Source: Candidatus Omnitrophota bacterium (GTDB lineage: Bacteria > Omnitrophota > Gorgyraeia > Gygaellales > Profunditerraquicolaceae). Taken from it: a DNA stretch of 64,000 nucleotides. The notes beneath the pieces were generated by a model, which was not told the origin of the DNA, did not search any database, and worked only from the letters and a program-made list of their open reading frames with translations. The stretch's first letter is position 1. Every line of letters starts with the position of its first letter. The stretch is taken from NCBI GenBank assembly GCA_016208765.1, contig JACQXK010000065.1, forward strand, positions 962 to 64,961. Direction: 5' to 3'. Below are positions 38,827 through 49,654 of this stretch, piece by piece. Made by a program: the position numbers and the translations under genes.

Positions 38827-41638
38827 ATTTATTGTTATTCACGGAGCAAAAGAGCATAATCTAAAAAACATTGACCTTGAACTTCCGCGAAACAAATTAA
38901 TTGTAGTTACCGGGTTATCCGGATCAGGAAAATCAAGCCTTGCGTTTGATACTATTTACGCAGAAAGCCAGCGCAGGTTTGTGGAAAGTCTATCAAGCTA
39001 TGCCCGGCAGTTTTTAGAACAGATGCAAAAGCCGGATGTTGAATATATCTCAGGCCTTTCTCCTGCCATTGCCATTGAGCAGCGTAATGCCGGGGGCAAC
39101 CCGCGTTCCACTGTTGCGACGCAAACCGAGATCTATGATTATTTGCGCCTGTTGTATGCGCGTATAGGAGTGGTGCATTGTTATCAATGCGGCAGGATTG
39201 TTGACAGGCAGACTTCTCAGGAGATTGTGGACAGGCTCATGCAGCTGTCTTCAGGTAGTCAGATACAGATATTAGCTCCGTTGGTCAGGGGGAGAAAAGG
39301 GGAATACCGTGATATATTCTCGCAGATCCAAAAGTCAGGGTTTGTGCGCTGCAGGGTTGACGGTGTTTTTTATGAGCTTCCGGCAAAAATAAAGCTTGAA
39401 AAATACAAGGTGCATAACATAGAAGTTATTGTTGATAGGCTGGTAATAGGTTCTGGTATTAAAAAGAGGCTGTCTGATTCCGTTGAAACAGCGTTAAAAA
39501 CCGGCAATGGCCAGGTTATTGTTCTTTATGGAAAGACACCCGTATCTGAAGGTAAACATCCGGATAAAGAAGAAGTTTTTAGCGAGCAATACTCATGCTC
39601 TGTCTGCGGGATAAGTTATGCCGAGGTTGAACCGCGTGTTTTTTCTTTTAACTCTCCCTATGGGGCTTGTCCTGAATGTAACGGCTTGGGGAATAAGCCG
39701 GAGTTTGATGCTGATTTGGTTGTGCCTGACAAAAATAAATCCATTAATGGAGGGGCGATAGAGGCTTGGAAAAGAGGCGGCAAAGGTTATATTCTTTATT
39801 ATCGCTGGCTTTTGCGTGAATTATCTTACAAGATGGGTTTTGATCTGGACATAGCGTTTAAGAAATTACCAAAGAATATTCAGAAGGCAATTCTTTATGG
39901 AACTGATAAGCAGGTAAATGGCAAGCCTTTTGAAGGAGTGATCCCGCATTTGGAAAGGCTCTTTCGGCAGACTGAAAGCGCGTATTTAAAAGAAGAAATT
40001 TCCCGTTTCATGTCTTCTTTGCCTTGCCCGGTTTGTAGAGGAGCTCGTCTTAAAAAGGAAAGCCTGAGTGTTTTTGTTGGAGGAAAAAATATCTGGGAAG
40101 TTACGCAAATGCCCATTAAAGAGGCGCACATTTTCTTTAGCAGCCTTAAATTAGAAGGCCGCAGTATATTGATTGCCCGTCAGGTCCTAAAAGAGATTCT
40201 GCAAAAGCTGCAGTTTTGTATTGATGTCGGCCTTGACTACCTGACCTTAGACAGAAAAAGTTCTACTCTTTCAGGGGGAGAAGCCCAGCGCATCCGTCTT
40301 GCAACACAGGTGGGAAGCGGGTTAGTCGGAGTTTTGTATGTTTTAGATGAGCCGAGCATAGGGCTCCATCAAAAGGATAACAACAAATTATTGACTACTT
40401 TAAAAGCGTTGCGGGATCTGGGAAATACTTTAATTGTAGTTGAACATGATGAAGCAACGATACGTTCTGCAGATTATGTCGTAGATTTGGGCCCGGGTGC
40501 CGGAAGAAACGGCGGGAAAATAATTTTTTCCGGCCCGACACAGGAGCTTCTTAAAGATAAGAATTCTTTGACAGCAGAATATTTAAGGGATGAGCTAAAA
40601 ATTAATATCCCGGAGCAGAGAAGGCCGTGGAAGGAAAGAAGGTTTTTGGAGATAACCGGATGCCGGGAGCATAACCTGAAAAACATTAATGTTAAATTTC
40701 CGCTTGGTAATTTTATTTGTGTCACCGGGGTCAGCGGCTCCGGGAAATCCACCTTGATTGATGATATCCTTTTCCGTTTACTTTCCCAAAAGCTTTATAA
40801 GTCAAAAGAAAAGCCGGGGCTGCATGATAAAATTAAAGGGGTAGAGTTTATTGATAAGGTTATTGTTGTGGATCAGTCGCCTATCGGAAGGACGCCGCGT
40901 TCAAATCCTGCGACTTATACAGGTGTTTTTAGCCAGATACGCGATTTATTTGCCCGCCTTCCTGATGCGCGCGTGCGCGGATTTAAACCGGGGAGGTTTT
41001 CTTTTAATGTCAAGGGCGGCAGGTGCGAGGCATGCGCAGGAGACGGAATTAAAAAAATTGAGATGCATTTTCTGCCTGATGTTTATGTAAGATGCGATGT
41101 TTGTAAAGGGCTAAGGTTTAACGAACCTACTCTTGAGGTTAAATATAAAGGTATGTCCATTGCACAGGTGCTGGAAATGACGGTTGAGGAAGCAATGATA
41201 CTGTTTGAGAACATACCTAAGATAAAAAATCCTTTGTCATTGCTTTACGATGTGGGCTTGGGATATATCCATCTGGGCCAGAGCGCAACTACGCTTTCCG
41301 GAGGAGAGGCCCAGCGCATAAAACTATCTTCAGAATTAAGCAAGCGCGCAACGGGAAACACCCTTTATATTTTAGATGAACCAACTACAGGATTGCATTT
41401 TGCCGACGTGGAAAAGCTGGTTTCTGTCCTGCAAAAACTGGTGGAAAAGCAAAATACGGTGATTGTGATTGAACATAACCTTGATGTGATCAAGTGTGCG
41501 GATTATATTATTGATTTGGGCCCTGAAGGCGGGGACAGGGGAGGGGAAATTGTCGGGTTTGGCTCTCCTGAAGAATTAATCTCCAATAACAGGTCTTATA
41601 CTGCCGAATATCTTAGAAAGATATTGAATAGAAAATAG
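38816..41638 (+). CDS. uvrA: excinuclease ABC subunit A
   Basis: Two ABC ATPase modules ([25 protein letters not shown]) and zinc-finger Cys clusters. Confidence 0.95.
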   Translation: MPNEFIVIHGAKEHNLKNIDLELPRNKLIVVTGLSGSGKSSLAFDTIYAESQRRFVESLSSYARQFLEQMQKPDVEYISGLSPAIAIEQRNAGGNPRSTVATQTEIYDYLRLLYARIGVVHCYQCGRIVDRQTSQEIVDRLMQLSSGSQIQILAPLVRGRKGEYRDIFSQIQKSGFVRCRVDGVFYELPAKIKLEKYKVHNIEVIVDRLVIGSGIKKRLSDSVETALKTGNGQVIVLYGKTPVSEGKHPDKEEVFSEQYSCSVCGISYAEVEPRVFSFNSPYGACPECNGLGNKPEFDADLVVPDKNKSINGGAIEAWKRGGKGYILYYRWLLRELSYKMGFDLDIAFKKLPKNIQKAILYGTDKQVNGKPFEGVIPHLERLFRQTESAYLKEEISRFMSSLPCPVCRGARLKKESLSVFVGGKNIWEVTQMPIKEAHIFFSSLKLEGRSILIARQVLKEILQKLQFCIDVGLDYLTLDRKSSTLSGGEAQRIRLATQVGSGLVGVLYVLDEPSIGLHQKDNNKLLTTLKALRDLGNTLIVVEHDEATIRSADYVVDLGPGAGRNGGKIIFSGPTQELLKDKNSLTAEYLRDELKINIPEQRRPWKERRFLEITGCREHNLKNINVKFPLGNFICVTGVSGSGKSTLIDDILFRLLSQKLYKSKEKPGLHDKIKGVEFIDKVIVVDQSPIGRTPRSNPATYTGVFSQIRDLFARLPDARVRGFKPGRFSFNVKGGRCEACAGDGIKKIEMHFLPDVYVRCDVCKGLRFNEPTLEVKYKGMSIAQVLEMTVEEAMILFENIPKIKNPLSLLYDVGLGYIHLGQSATTLSGGEAQRIKLSSELSKRATGNTLYILDEPTTGLHFADVEKLVSVLQKLVEKQNTVIVIEHNLDVIKCADYIIDLGPEGGDRGGEIVGFGSPEELISNNRSYTAEYLRKILNRK

Positions 41639-41658
41639 GAAAGTGATATAGTTGAGCC

Positions 41659-44144
41659 ATGCGCAATTATAAGATCGTTGCAGTATTTTTGTTTTTTATA
41701 TTTTCCTTCCTTTCTATTGCCGGCAACGGCATTGCCGAGGAAGCAACACTTCAGCAGCAATCAGCAAAAGAAGAAGAGGCGCTTTATGTTGCAAGAAAAG
41801 CTTTTGAGGATAGCTTTTATGAGGTAAGCCTCGGTTTATTGGAGCGCTTCTTAAAAAATTACCCTGATTCGCAAAAAATCCCCCAAGTCAAACTTCTTAT
41901 CGGCCGTTGTTATTTTCAGCAAAACAGGTTCCTTGAGGCACTGGGTAAATTTGAGGAGTTATTAAATAATCCGGCTTACTCAAATATCAAGGACTCTGTG
42001 CTTTATTGGATCGCCGAAGTTCATTTTAAGGGCAGCAACTTTGATAAGGCCGGAGAATATTACAAAAAAGTGATTGATGAGTTTCCAACTTCTACGTACC
42101 TTGCTGCAAGTTACTATTCATTGGGCTGGTGTTTGTTTCAGGAGGCAAGATTTAGCGATGCCTTGGGTTATTTTAAGATTGTTGAGGAGCGTTTTGCCAA
42201 AGATCCTTTAGCTGCGGATGTGCCGTTAAAGATTATTGAGTGTTATTATAATTTAAAAGATTATAGCGGGTTAAAAGAAAAAGCGAAAGTTTATCTGAGG
42301 CAATTTTCCAAAGACAGCCAGCGCCTTCAGTATTTCTATTTTTATCTTGCCGAATCTGATTTTTATTTAAATAATTTTAATGAAGCAATTAACGCTTATT
42401 CTAAGGCAGCATCGTTTTCCGGCGACCAGAAGATCCAGGCTTTATCCGGGCTGGGGCTGGGATGGGCATATTTAAAATCAAAGCAGTATAAACAGGCTGA
42501 GGATGCTTTTGGGAATATTAAGGTTGATAAGCTTGAAAATAAAAATCGCAATGTTTTGTTGCTGGGCAAGGCAGTATTGATGTCTGAAACAAACAGGCTT
42601 GATCAGGCGGGTAGTATTTATAGCGAGTTAGCCGCATCCAGCGACGATCCTTTAACTTTGGCTCAGGCTTACCTTGGAAAAGCAGAAACCCTTTATAACC
42701 TTGCTGATTACAGCGAGGCAACCAAGATCTATAAACAAGGCCTGGAGAAGATTGAAGATAAGGCTGTGCCCCGTGAAATAATTGATAAATTCCATTATGG
42801 CCTGAGTTGGGCATTTTTAAAACAAGGGGAATTTAAAGATGCGATCAGGGAGTTTCAGAAGGTTGCCAAGGAGAGCGATGATAAAATTGTTAAAATAAGC
42901 GCTCTTTGCCAGATTGGCGACGCTTATCAGGATTCCGGGGATTATAAAAAAGCGCAGGAAGCATACGATATAATACTTAAGGATTATCCCGATAGTTTTT
43001 ATGGGGATTATGTTCAGTATCAGCTTGGCCTTGTTTTGCTCAAGGCTTCAAATTATGATGCTGCGATAATCAGCTTCCTCAATTTAAAAAGAAATTTCCC
43101 GCAATCAAAGCTTTTGGATGAGGCTGAATATGCCTTAGGGTTGGCATATTTTCAGAAGCAGGACTACACCTTAAGCAGGGATATTTTTAAGAAATTCCAG
43201 CAGGAATTTAAAGACAGCAGTTTAAAGCCCCAGGCTTTATATTTATTAGGGACAAGTTTTTATAATCTGGGAGATTTTGCCGCGGCCATAGAAGTATTTA
43301 AGGATATTATCCGGTCATACAACCACGATAAAGAACTGATGCAAAAAGCCGAGTATGAGATCGCGGACTGTTACTATCAGATGGGTAATGAATCCGAGGC
43401 AATGTCGCGTTTTAAATCCCTTCGTTCAAAATACCCGGATTCAAGCCTGACAGCTGAGATCATGTGGTGGCTGGGAGAATATTATTACCGGCATAATGAC
43501 CTGGTTATGGCCCGCCGGTATTTTAGTTCTTTAATCAAGGATTTCCCAAAAAGCAGTTTAGTTGCGGATGCCTATTACGCCTTAGGCTCAAGCTATGCTG
43601 AAGAGCCTGATTATGATTTGGCGCTGGAGAATTTTAATAAAGTTATTTCTTTGGGCAAGTCTGACCTTACGGGTCAGGCAGCAGTAGCTGTTGCGGATAT
43701 TTATGTAAAACAGGGTAAGCCGGAATCAGGGTTTATAAAAATATTATTAGGGATTATCCTAATTTAGGAGGTTTAATATATCCTAAGATCGCAGATCTCT
43801 ATTTTAACCTTAAGAATTATCCTGATGCACTTGATTATTATCGTAAAGGCATGGAGCTTGTTTCTGCGAAAGATATGCCTATGATCCAGCTTAAGATCGC
43901 TGAAGTCTTAGAGGCGCAGGGTAAGGTTAATGAAGCAATTGAAGAATATTTAAAAGTAACTTATCTTTATTCAGACAATAATACTTATTCGGTAAAAGCG
44001 CTTTTACGAGTGGCAGAGATTTACGAAGGTATGGAAAACTTCAAGGAGGCCTCAAATATATACAAAAGGATCATTGCCACATCGGCAGAAGAGGCAAAAT
44101 ACGCCAAGGAACGATTGGATTGGATTAATCAGCATGTTAAATAA
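41659..44144 (+). CDS. large secreted TPR-repeat protein, interrupted by an apparent 1-nt frameshift in an A5 run (43737-43741)
   Basis: ORF 41659..43767 continues in another frame as ORF 43851..44144. Reading the A5 tract as A6 restores ...GFIKNIIRDYPNLGGLIYPKIADLYFNLK..., matching the internal KxIIxDYPxS periodicity of the protein. Confidence 0.65.
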
Positions 44145-44177
44145 TTAAAAGTTAGCAAAAACACAAGGAGGGTCTAG

Positions 44178-44810
44178 ATGGAGTTATACAAAATGAGTTT
44201 TTTTCAGATTTTTTTAGCAGGCGGGCCGATAATGTGGCCTATACTTTTGTGTTCTATTTTTGCTTTAGCCATAATTATAGAAAAGTTTTTGTATCTAAAA
44301 AAAATAGACATAGATACGCAGGCTTTTTTAGCTAAAATTCTTGATAAAATGAAACGGCATGATACTAAAGAAGCTTTGCAAATTTGTGAAAATACAAAAA
44401 GCCCTATCGCCAACATTCTTAAAGCAGGGATCTTAAAATATGACCGTCCCCGGCCGCAGATTATTGAAGCGATTGAGGACGCTTCTTTGTATGAGATCCC
44501 AAAGATAGAGAAGAACCTCTCAACAATAGCAACAATTGCCCATGTTTCGCCGCTTCTTGGTTTATTGGGAACGGTAACAGGGATGGTCAGGTGTTTTCAG
44601 ACCATCCAGGCAAAGGCAACGTCGTTTCATCCGGTTTCTCCTGGCGACCTTGCCGGAGGTATTTGGGAGGCGCTTCTTACTACGGTTGCTGGTTTGATTG
44701 TGGCTATTCCTGCTTTTGTGGCTTACAATTATCTTGTCAGCAAAGTTAACCATTTTATTTTAGAAATGGAAAAGGCATCAACTGAATTGGTAAATTTTTT
44801 GACTGAATAG
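44178..44810 (+). CDS. exbB: MotA/TolQ/ExbB-family proton channel
   Basis: 3 TM segments. PLLGLLGTVTGMVRCF. Confidence 0.8.
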   Translation: MELYKMSFFQIFLAGGPIMWPILLCSIFALAIIIEKFLYLKKIDIDTQAFLAKILDKMKRHDTKEALQICENTKSPIANILKAGILKYDRPRPQIIEAIEDASLYEIPKIEKNLSTIATIAHVSPLLGLLGTVTGMVRCFQTIQAKATSFHPVSPGDLAGGIWEALLTTVAGLIVAIPAFVAYNYLVSKVNHFILEMEKASTELVNFLTE

Positions 44811-44813
44811 ACT

Positions 44814-44821
44814 GGGGGGGG
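44814..44821. repeat. homopolymeric G8 tract forming the Shine-Dalgarno region of exbD
   Basis: actGGGGGGGGaaagATG, read directly. Confidence 0.9.
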
Positions 44822-44825
44822 AAAG

Positions 44826-45227
44826 ATGCGTTTTAAGGGCCGCATGGAATTAGAGCATGGTTTAAAGCAGATTGATATAGCGCCTCTTATAGATATTGTT
44901 TTTCAGCTTTTGATCTTTTTCATGCTTACTTCCAGTTTTATTATCCAGCCGGGCATAAAGGTTAACCTGCCTAAGGCAGTGACCAGCGAAGTGGTTAAGT
45001 ATGAAAATATTGAAATTTTGGTCAGCAGCGAAAATGTTACCTATCTAAACGGTAAGGTAGTAAATACCCAGGAGTTGAAATCATTTCTTAAGCAGGCCGC
45101 AAAAAAGAGTCAATCAGTCTTAATAAAGGCGGATAAGCGCGCCTCTCTTGGCAGGGTTGTGGATATTTGGGATTTAGCCAGGGATTTGGGAATTACCCAG
45201 ATAAATATCGCCACAAATCAGGAATAA
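44826..45227 (+). CDS. exbD: ExbD/TolR-family protein
   Basis: IDIAPLIDIVFQLLIFFMLTS. Confidence 0.8.
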   Translation: MRFKGRMELEHGLKQIDIAPLIDIVFQLLIFFMLTSSFIIQPGIKVNLPKAVTSEVVKYENIEILVSSENVTYLNGKVVNTQELKSFLKQAAKKSQSVLIKADKRASLGRVVDIWDLARDLGITQINIATNQE

Positions 45228-45850
45228 TGACTCAGCTTTTTAAAAAGGCCATATTAGTTTCTTTCGCAGGGCATCTTGCTTTTTTAGGGATTTTTAACTT
45301 TTCTTTTGGCAGGCGTCTGCCTCCTGTTGATTATTCTGCGGTTTCTTTTTTGGGGCAGGTGTTTAGTACCAGGGAAATAATCCCGCGCATCCTTAAAGAA
45401 CCTTTAAAACAGGAACAGAAAAAAACTTTTCTTAGGGCCGAATTATTGCATCAGTCGGCAGAAAAAGAATATTTTGCGTCTTTTAAGCCTGCTGTAACTT
45501 TTGAAAGCTCGCCAGAAAAGGCCATTTTTAATGAAGCTCGTCTTGGGCCGTATGTTTTTCCTGTAAAAAAAGAACCGGCAATATATTTGCGTCCTTTATT
45601 ACCTTATAGTTTTACTCTTTATTTTAATGACAGGCAGACGGCGCATGTGGAGTTATTGTATAAAATCACCCTTTTAAGAGAAAATGGTTATCCCGTAGTT
45701 AAAAGAAAGATTTCCTCCGGGAACTTAGAGGTTGATTTATTAAGTATGCGCTATATCAGTCATTATCTTTTTGTCCGTAAGGCCTCGGTTAATCCGGAGA
45801 GTTGGCAAGCCGTAAAGATTGATTTATCACAAGGGCCTGCAAATCAATAG
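45227..45850 (+). CDS. TonB-like membrane-anchored protein (weak TonB_C-like C-terminus)
   Basis: The ATG at 45227 overlaps the exbD stop. N-terminal TM anchor. C-terminal ...VVKRKISSGNLEVDLLS... weakly TonB_C-like. Confidence 0.45.
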   Translation: MTQLFKKAILVSFAGHLAFLGIFNFSFGRRLPPVDYSAVSFLGQVFSTREIIPRILKEPLKQEQKKTFLRAELLHQSAEKEYFASFKPAVTFESSPEKAIFNEARLGPYVFPVKKEPAIYLRPLLPYSFTLYFNDRQTAHVELLYKITLLRENGYPVVKRKISSGNLEVDLLSMRYISHYLFVRKASVNPESWQAVKIDLSQGPANQ

Positions 45851-45853
45851 ATT

Positions 45854-46087
45854 ATGATTAGTATTGATTTTTCTGTTGGGATAGCAGTTTATGTCGCTCT
45901 AAGTTTGGCGGTTATTTTAATATTCTGGATTTTTACCGCTAAACAGAAGGACAAAGATCTAACCTTGGACTCACGTTATATATGGTTTTGTAGTATATGT
46001 ACTTATACCTATATTAACACCAAAGAGGATTTAATTTCTGTTTGCCCGCGTTGCGGAAATTATAACAAAAAGTCAGAAAACAGTTGA
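45854..46087 (+). CDS. small membrane protein with C-terminal CxxC...CxxC zinc ribbon
   Basis: One TM segment plus CSIC...CPRC. Confidence 0.45.
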   Translation: MISIDFSVGIAVYVALSLAVILIFWIFTAKQKDKDLTLDSRYIWFCSICTYTYINTKEDLISVCPRCGNYNKKSENS

Positions 46088-46140
46088 CAAAATCTTCAGT
46101 GCTTATAGAATAAAACTGCATTACTAAAATGGAGGAATAT

Positions 46141-46347
46141 ATGATTACTGAAATAGGCATAGTTGCAGGTGATATTTGGCATTATCTGGATCAGCATGGG
46201 GAGGTTACGCTTTCAGAGTTATTAAGAGGAATAGATAAGAGCAGGGATAACGTATTGATGAGTTTAGGGTGGCTTGCCCGCGAAGGCCACGTAGTTGTGC
46301 TTAAGGCAGGGTTGGATTACAAGGTGTACTTGCGTAAGAATACCTGA
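46141..46347 (+). CDS. small winged-helix (DUF2582-like) protein
   Basis: GGAGG 5 nt before the ATG at 46141. MITEIGIVAGDIWHYLDQHGEVTLSEL... Confidence 0.5.
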   Translation: MITEIGIVAGDIWHYLDQHGEVTLSELLRGIDKSRDNVLMSLGWLAREGHVVVLKAGLDYKVYLRKNT

Positions 46348-46712
46348 TGAAAATACGCAACAACCGGCAAGGCGCAGCTCTTATTCTTATCTTAGGGGTA
46401 ATTCTAATAATTACTTTGCTGGCTAATGTTATTTTAACCATACTTTCCAGTCAGGCCCGGCTTACCCACCATCAAATAAACCGCATCCGCGCGTATTATG
46501 CCAATTTTGCAGGCATAAACCTGGCGCTTGAGAAATTGAGAACCGGGCAGTGGTTAAGCGGACAAACATGGTATCTGGGAAAGTGCAGCGGTAGCCAATG
46601 TATCCAGGACGCAGACATCCCATATTTAGTAACTATAAATATCGGACTCGTTGCAAGTACAATTCCCGGTACTACAAGAATAGATATAACTTCTAATTAT
46701 GCTTCCCAATAG
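46347..46712 (+). CDS. PilX-like minor pilin / pilus assembly protein (PilX_N-type N-terminus)
   Basis: NRQGAALILILGVILIITLL resembles the PilX N-terminal QRGAALIV... segment. Confidence 0.5.
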   Translation: MKIRNNRQGAALILILGVILIITLLANVILTILSSQARLTHHQINRIRAYYANFAGINLALEKLRTGQWLSGQTWYLGKCSGSQCIQDADIPYLVTINIGLVASTIPGTTRIDITSNYASQ

Positions 46713-46800
46713 TTTTTCTCTAAACCATAAATTTAACCAACTGATATAGCTTGAGTAAATTTGTTATAATTGCGGTATATTTCAGTCATGTTAATTATAA

Positions 46801-46830
46801 TTTGAGTAAGTTTAAGTAAGTTTGAGTAAA
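46801..46830. repeat. three tandem 10-bp direct repeats TTT[GA]AGTAA[GA], a candidate regulator-binding array upstream of the pil operon
   Basis: tttgagtaag tttaagtaag tttgagtaaa. A further copy TTGAGTAAATTTG lies at 46751-46763. Confidence 0.7.
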
Positions 46831-46837
46831 AAAACAC

Positions 46838-46866
46838 TTGACAATATAAGAATTTCGTGTTTTACT
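46838..46866 (+). promoter_or_regulatory. candidate promoter (TTGACA, 17 bp spacer, TTTACT) driving HTH-pilMNOPQBC
   Basis: Motif match. An additional TATAAT lies at 46765-46770. Confidence 0.4.
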
Positions 46867-46904
46867 TACCTTAAGTATTTTTTAATTTTCTAAGAGGTAA
46901 GTTT

Positions 46905-47105
46905 ATGGCAAAATTAATGGATATTGATGAATTAGCGGATTATTTGAGGTTAAAAAAGCAGACCATTTATAATTGGCTGCACCAGTCTCGGATTTCCGGG
47001 ATCAAGGTTGGAGGTGTCTGGAGATTTGAGCGTAAAGAGATTGATAACTGGTTGAAAAGCAGAAGGCGCGCGAGCATTGATTTAAAAAGCGGAGAAAAAC
47101 AATGA
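46905..47105 (+). CDS. HTH_17 (excisionase/MerR-like) DNA-binding protein
   Basis: DIDELADYLRLKKQTIYNWLHQSRISGIKVGGVWRFERKEIDNWL. Stop overlaps the pilM start. Confidence 0.6.
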   Translation: MAKLMDIDELADYLRLKKQTIYNWLHQSRISGIKVGGVWRFERKEIDNWLKSRRRASIDLKSGEKQ

Positions 47106-48652
47106 GTTCTCTTGGAATTTATTTTGGCCCTAAAACAATCAGTGTAGTAGAAAGCAGTGGCCGTAGAGTTACTAAGACTATCCGCATACTTCAAACAGCG
47201 GTTTCCGGAGCTGAGTTGGAGGAGAAGGTCCCACCAGAAGCAAAATTAATTGAAATTATAGCCATATTTAAAGATGAATTACGCAGGAACGATGTTAATG
47301 CCAAGGAGGCGTCTGTATGCCTTTCAGGCAAAGATTTGGTCATACGAACATTTGAATTGCCGATTATGCCGCGTAATGAAATGCAAGGCGCGGTAAATTT
47401 TGAGGCAAAGAAATACATTCCTTTTAAAGTTGAAGACCTTATTACAGATTTCCAGGCTCAGGTAGATAAGTCTACAAAAGAAAATTTTGTTTTATTCCTG
47501 GGGATCAAAAAAGAGGCTTTTGACAGGTATGTGTCAATATTTAAACAGTTAAATATAAAGCTTAAATCTGTTGAATATTCTGCTTTTAGTTTATTAAGAT
47601 GCCTTAAGCTTGCCAACCTTGGTAACAAAGGCGTTGTTGCTGTTTTGGGAGTTGATCCTGAATCTGAAGATGAGGTTAATTTTACTGTTTTGGAGAATGG
47701 TTTTCCTTTGTTTAGCCGCGACATAACATTAACCTCTTTACCTGAGGAAATTTCTGAGGGCCAGCCCAGCCAGCCTTTAGAGAAATTAAAGGCGGAGATT
47801 CGCGTTTCCCTGGATTATTTTCAACGAAAGTTCCCCGATAAAAGGCCGCAAAAAATTTATTTTATTTCAGCAGATGAAGAAAAAATACCATTAGAAGGGC
47901 TTATGAGTGAATTGGGATTTCAGTCTCAATTTGTAGAGATAAAGAAATTCCTGGGGCCTCAAGCTGTTGCTTCACTTGGGCTGATGAAAGGGCTTGGCGC
48001 TTCTCTTTCCGGTTTTATAAAGTCAGATATTAAGGTTGATCTATTAGAGGGTGAAAAAAAGATTGGGGCCTTTAAACGCGGTTTAGAGCCTGAAACCGGA
48101 GGTATTTTTAAGGGGATTAAATTAGATATTAGAGTTGTTATTTTGGCGCTTGTAATTTGTGCGGGAGTTTTTGCTTTTGGAAAATACCGTATCAGCCCGG
48201 TAAAGAATGAAATTGATGCTGTCATAAACCAGCGGCCCAAGGTAACTACCGTAAATCCGGAAAACAGTTATGAAGAACTTTTTTCTGTTGACCTTGCCTA
48301 TAAGAACAAATTGGCTGCTTTGGACAACTTATTAAAGAAGCAGCTTTATTTAACCCAACCCTTGAATGTAATCCCCCGTCTTTTACCGGATGGTGTTTGG
48401 TTAAGAGATTTTTCATTCACCAAATCAGAAGACGGTAAGGTAGAGTTAATTTTAAGCGCAAGCGCATATCTGGGGGATAGCGAAGAAGAATTTCAGGCAG
48501 CTTCTGATTTTTCGGATGCATTAAAGAATGATCCGGTTTTTTCGCGTTATTTTCAATATGTCAATATAAGCTCAATTAATACTGAGAAACAAGATAAAGA
48601 AAGTTTGACTAACTTCACAATTTATTGCAAGGGCACGGCAGGTAAAAACTAA
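47102..48652 (+). CDS. pilM: type IV pilus assembly protein PilM (actin-like) fused to a PilN-like TM and periplasmic domain
   Basis: 516 aa. N-terminal actin-like fold. TM segment at IRVVILALVICAGVFAF, then about 160 aa periplasmic. Confidence 0.65.
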   Translation: MSSLGIYFGPKTISVVESSGRRVTKTIRILQTAVSGAELEEKVPPEAKLIEIIAIFKDELRRNDVNAKEASVCLSGKDLVIRTFELPIMPRNEMQGAVNFEAKKYIPFKVEDLITDFQAQVDKSTKENFVLFLGIKKEAFDRYVSIFKQLNIKLKSVEYSAFSLLRCLKLANLGNKGVVAVLGVDPESEDEVNFTVLENGFPLFSRDITLTSLPEEISEGQPSQPLEKLKAEIRVSLDYFQRKFPDKRPQKIYFISADEEKIPLEGLMSELGFQSQFVEIKKFLGPQAVASLGLMKGLGASLSGFIKSDIKVDLLEGEKKIGAFKRGLEPETGGIFKGIKLDIRVVILALVICAGVFAFGKYRISPVKNEIDAVINQRPKVTTVNPENSYEELFSVDLAYKNKLAALDNLLKKQLYLTQPLNVIPRLLPDGVWLRDFSFTKSEDGKVELILSASAYLGDSEEEFQAASDFSDALKNDPVFSRYFQYVNISSINTEKQDKESLTNFTIYCKGTAGKN

Positions 48653-48653
48653 T

Positions 48654-49160
48654 ATGGAAATTACTGAGCTTGTTGGTAAAATCAAGAAAAGCTTTCTCAC
48701 TATATTTATCCTGGGGCTTGCTTTAATTATTGCGTTTAATATTTACCAAGCACAAAATAAGGAGCTGGATCAGTTGCGGATAAGGAAGGAAAACGAAGCG
48801 AAAAAAAATGTCTTATTGGCCGAGGTTAGCACTTTAGAAAACAGGATTCAGTCATATAAAAATCTTCTTGGCAGAAAAGACCCTAATTTAATTATGAATA
48901 GCTTAAGTAAGGCGGCTCAGGATACTGGCGTAAAGATTTCGTCTATCCGTCCGGAGGCTGAAAATATCCAACCTAATTACATTAAAATTCCTTTCTCTTT
49001 GCAGGTAATTGCCCCGGATTATAATTCATTTGGTAATTTTGTAAGCATGGTTGAAAATGATAAAGACGTATATCTTGTGGAAGATGCGCGGATCAACAGT
49101 AGCTCTGAAAAAGGGCTGGACATTTCATTAAAGGTAATAAATGTTATTGCAAAAGAATAA
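48654..49160 (+). CDS. pilO: PilO-like pilus assembly protein
   Basis: Bitopic, coiled-coil, in the conserved pilMNOPQ position. Confidence 0.5.
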   Translation: MEITELVGKIKKSFLTIFILGLALIIAFNIYQAQNKELDQLRIRKENEAKKNVLLAEVSTLENRIQSYKNLLGRKDPNLIMNSLSKAAQDTGVKISSIRPEAENIQPNYIKIPFSLQVIAPDYNSFGNFVSMVENDKDVYLVEDARINSSSEKGLDISLKVINVIAKE

Positions 49161-49653
49161 AAATATGCCAAGCCGCGAAGACAGAAAAATTATAATTCAA
49201 ATTGTTTTCTTTGGGGTAATTTTTGTTTCTTTTATTTCTTTTGCATGGGCGAGTACGGATGATTTAGAAAACCTGTCCGGCGAGCGTACTCAGCAGTATT
49301 CTTATGATACAAAAGTTGAAAGGCCTGTAGTTCGTTTTGAGGCATCAGGTTTAAGGAATCCTTTTAAAGATATTAGGGATACCGGTGAAAAGAAAAATGA
49401 CAAAGAAAAAGAAAAACCAGTAGTTGAGATTCCTTTGCCCAAGTTGACACTTCAGGGTATTATTTGGGGCGGTGAGTTTCCCCAGGCAATTATCAATAAT
49501 AACGTGGTTAAGGTTGGGGATATGGTTGAGGGAGTAAAAGTTTTAAATATAGATAAAAATGGAGTAACATTGGTTTTTGAAGGCAAAGAACATTTTATTG
49601 CCGGCTCTCTGGGAGGAATGAACTCAACTCAGGGCCCATTAACGGAGGATTAA
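49141..49653 (+). CDS. pilP: PilP-like pilus assembly lipoprotein/periplasmic protein
   Basis: By position. C-terminal beta-domain ...LQGIIWGGEFPQAIINNNVVKVGDMV. Confidence 0.45.
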   Translation: MLLQKNKNMPSREDRKIIIQIVFFGVIFVSFISFAWASTDDLENLSGERTQQYSYDTKVERPVVRFEASGLRNPFKDIRDTGEKKNDKEKEKPVVEIPLPKLTLQGIIWGGEFPQAIINNNVVKVGDMVEGVKVLNIDKNGVTLVFEGKEHFIAGSLGGMNSTQGPLTED

Positions 49654-49654
49654 A

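Noticed and set aside
45167..45226. 5' extension of the tonB-like ORF
   Set aside because: It overlaps exbD. The ATG at 45227 is coupled to the exbD stop (TAATG).
46801..46830. CRISPR array
   Set aside because: Three 10-bp direct repeats with no spacers of CRISPR length, and no cas genes in the window.
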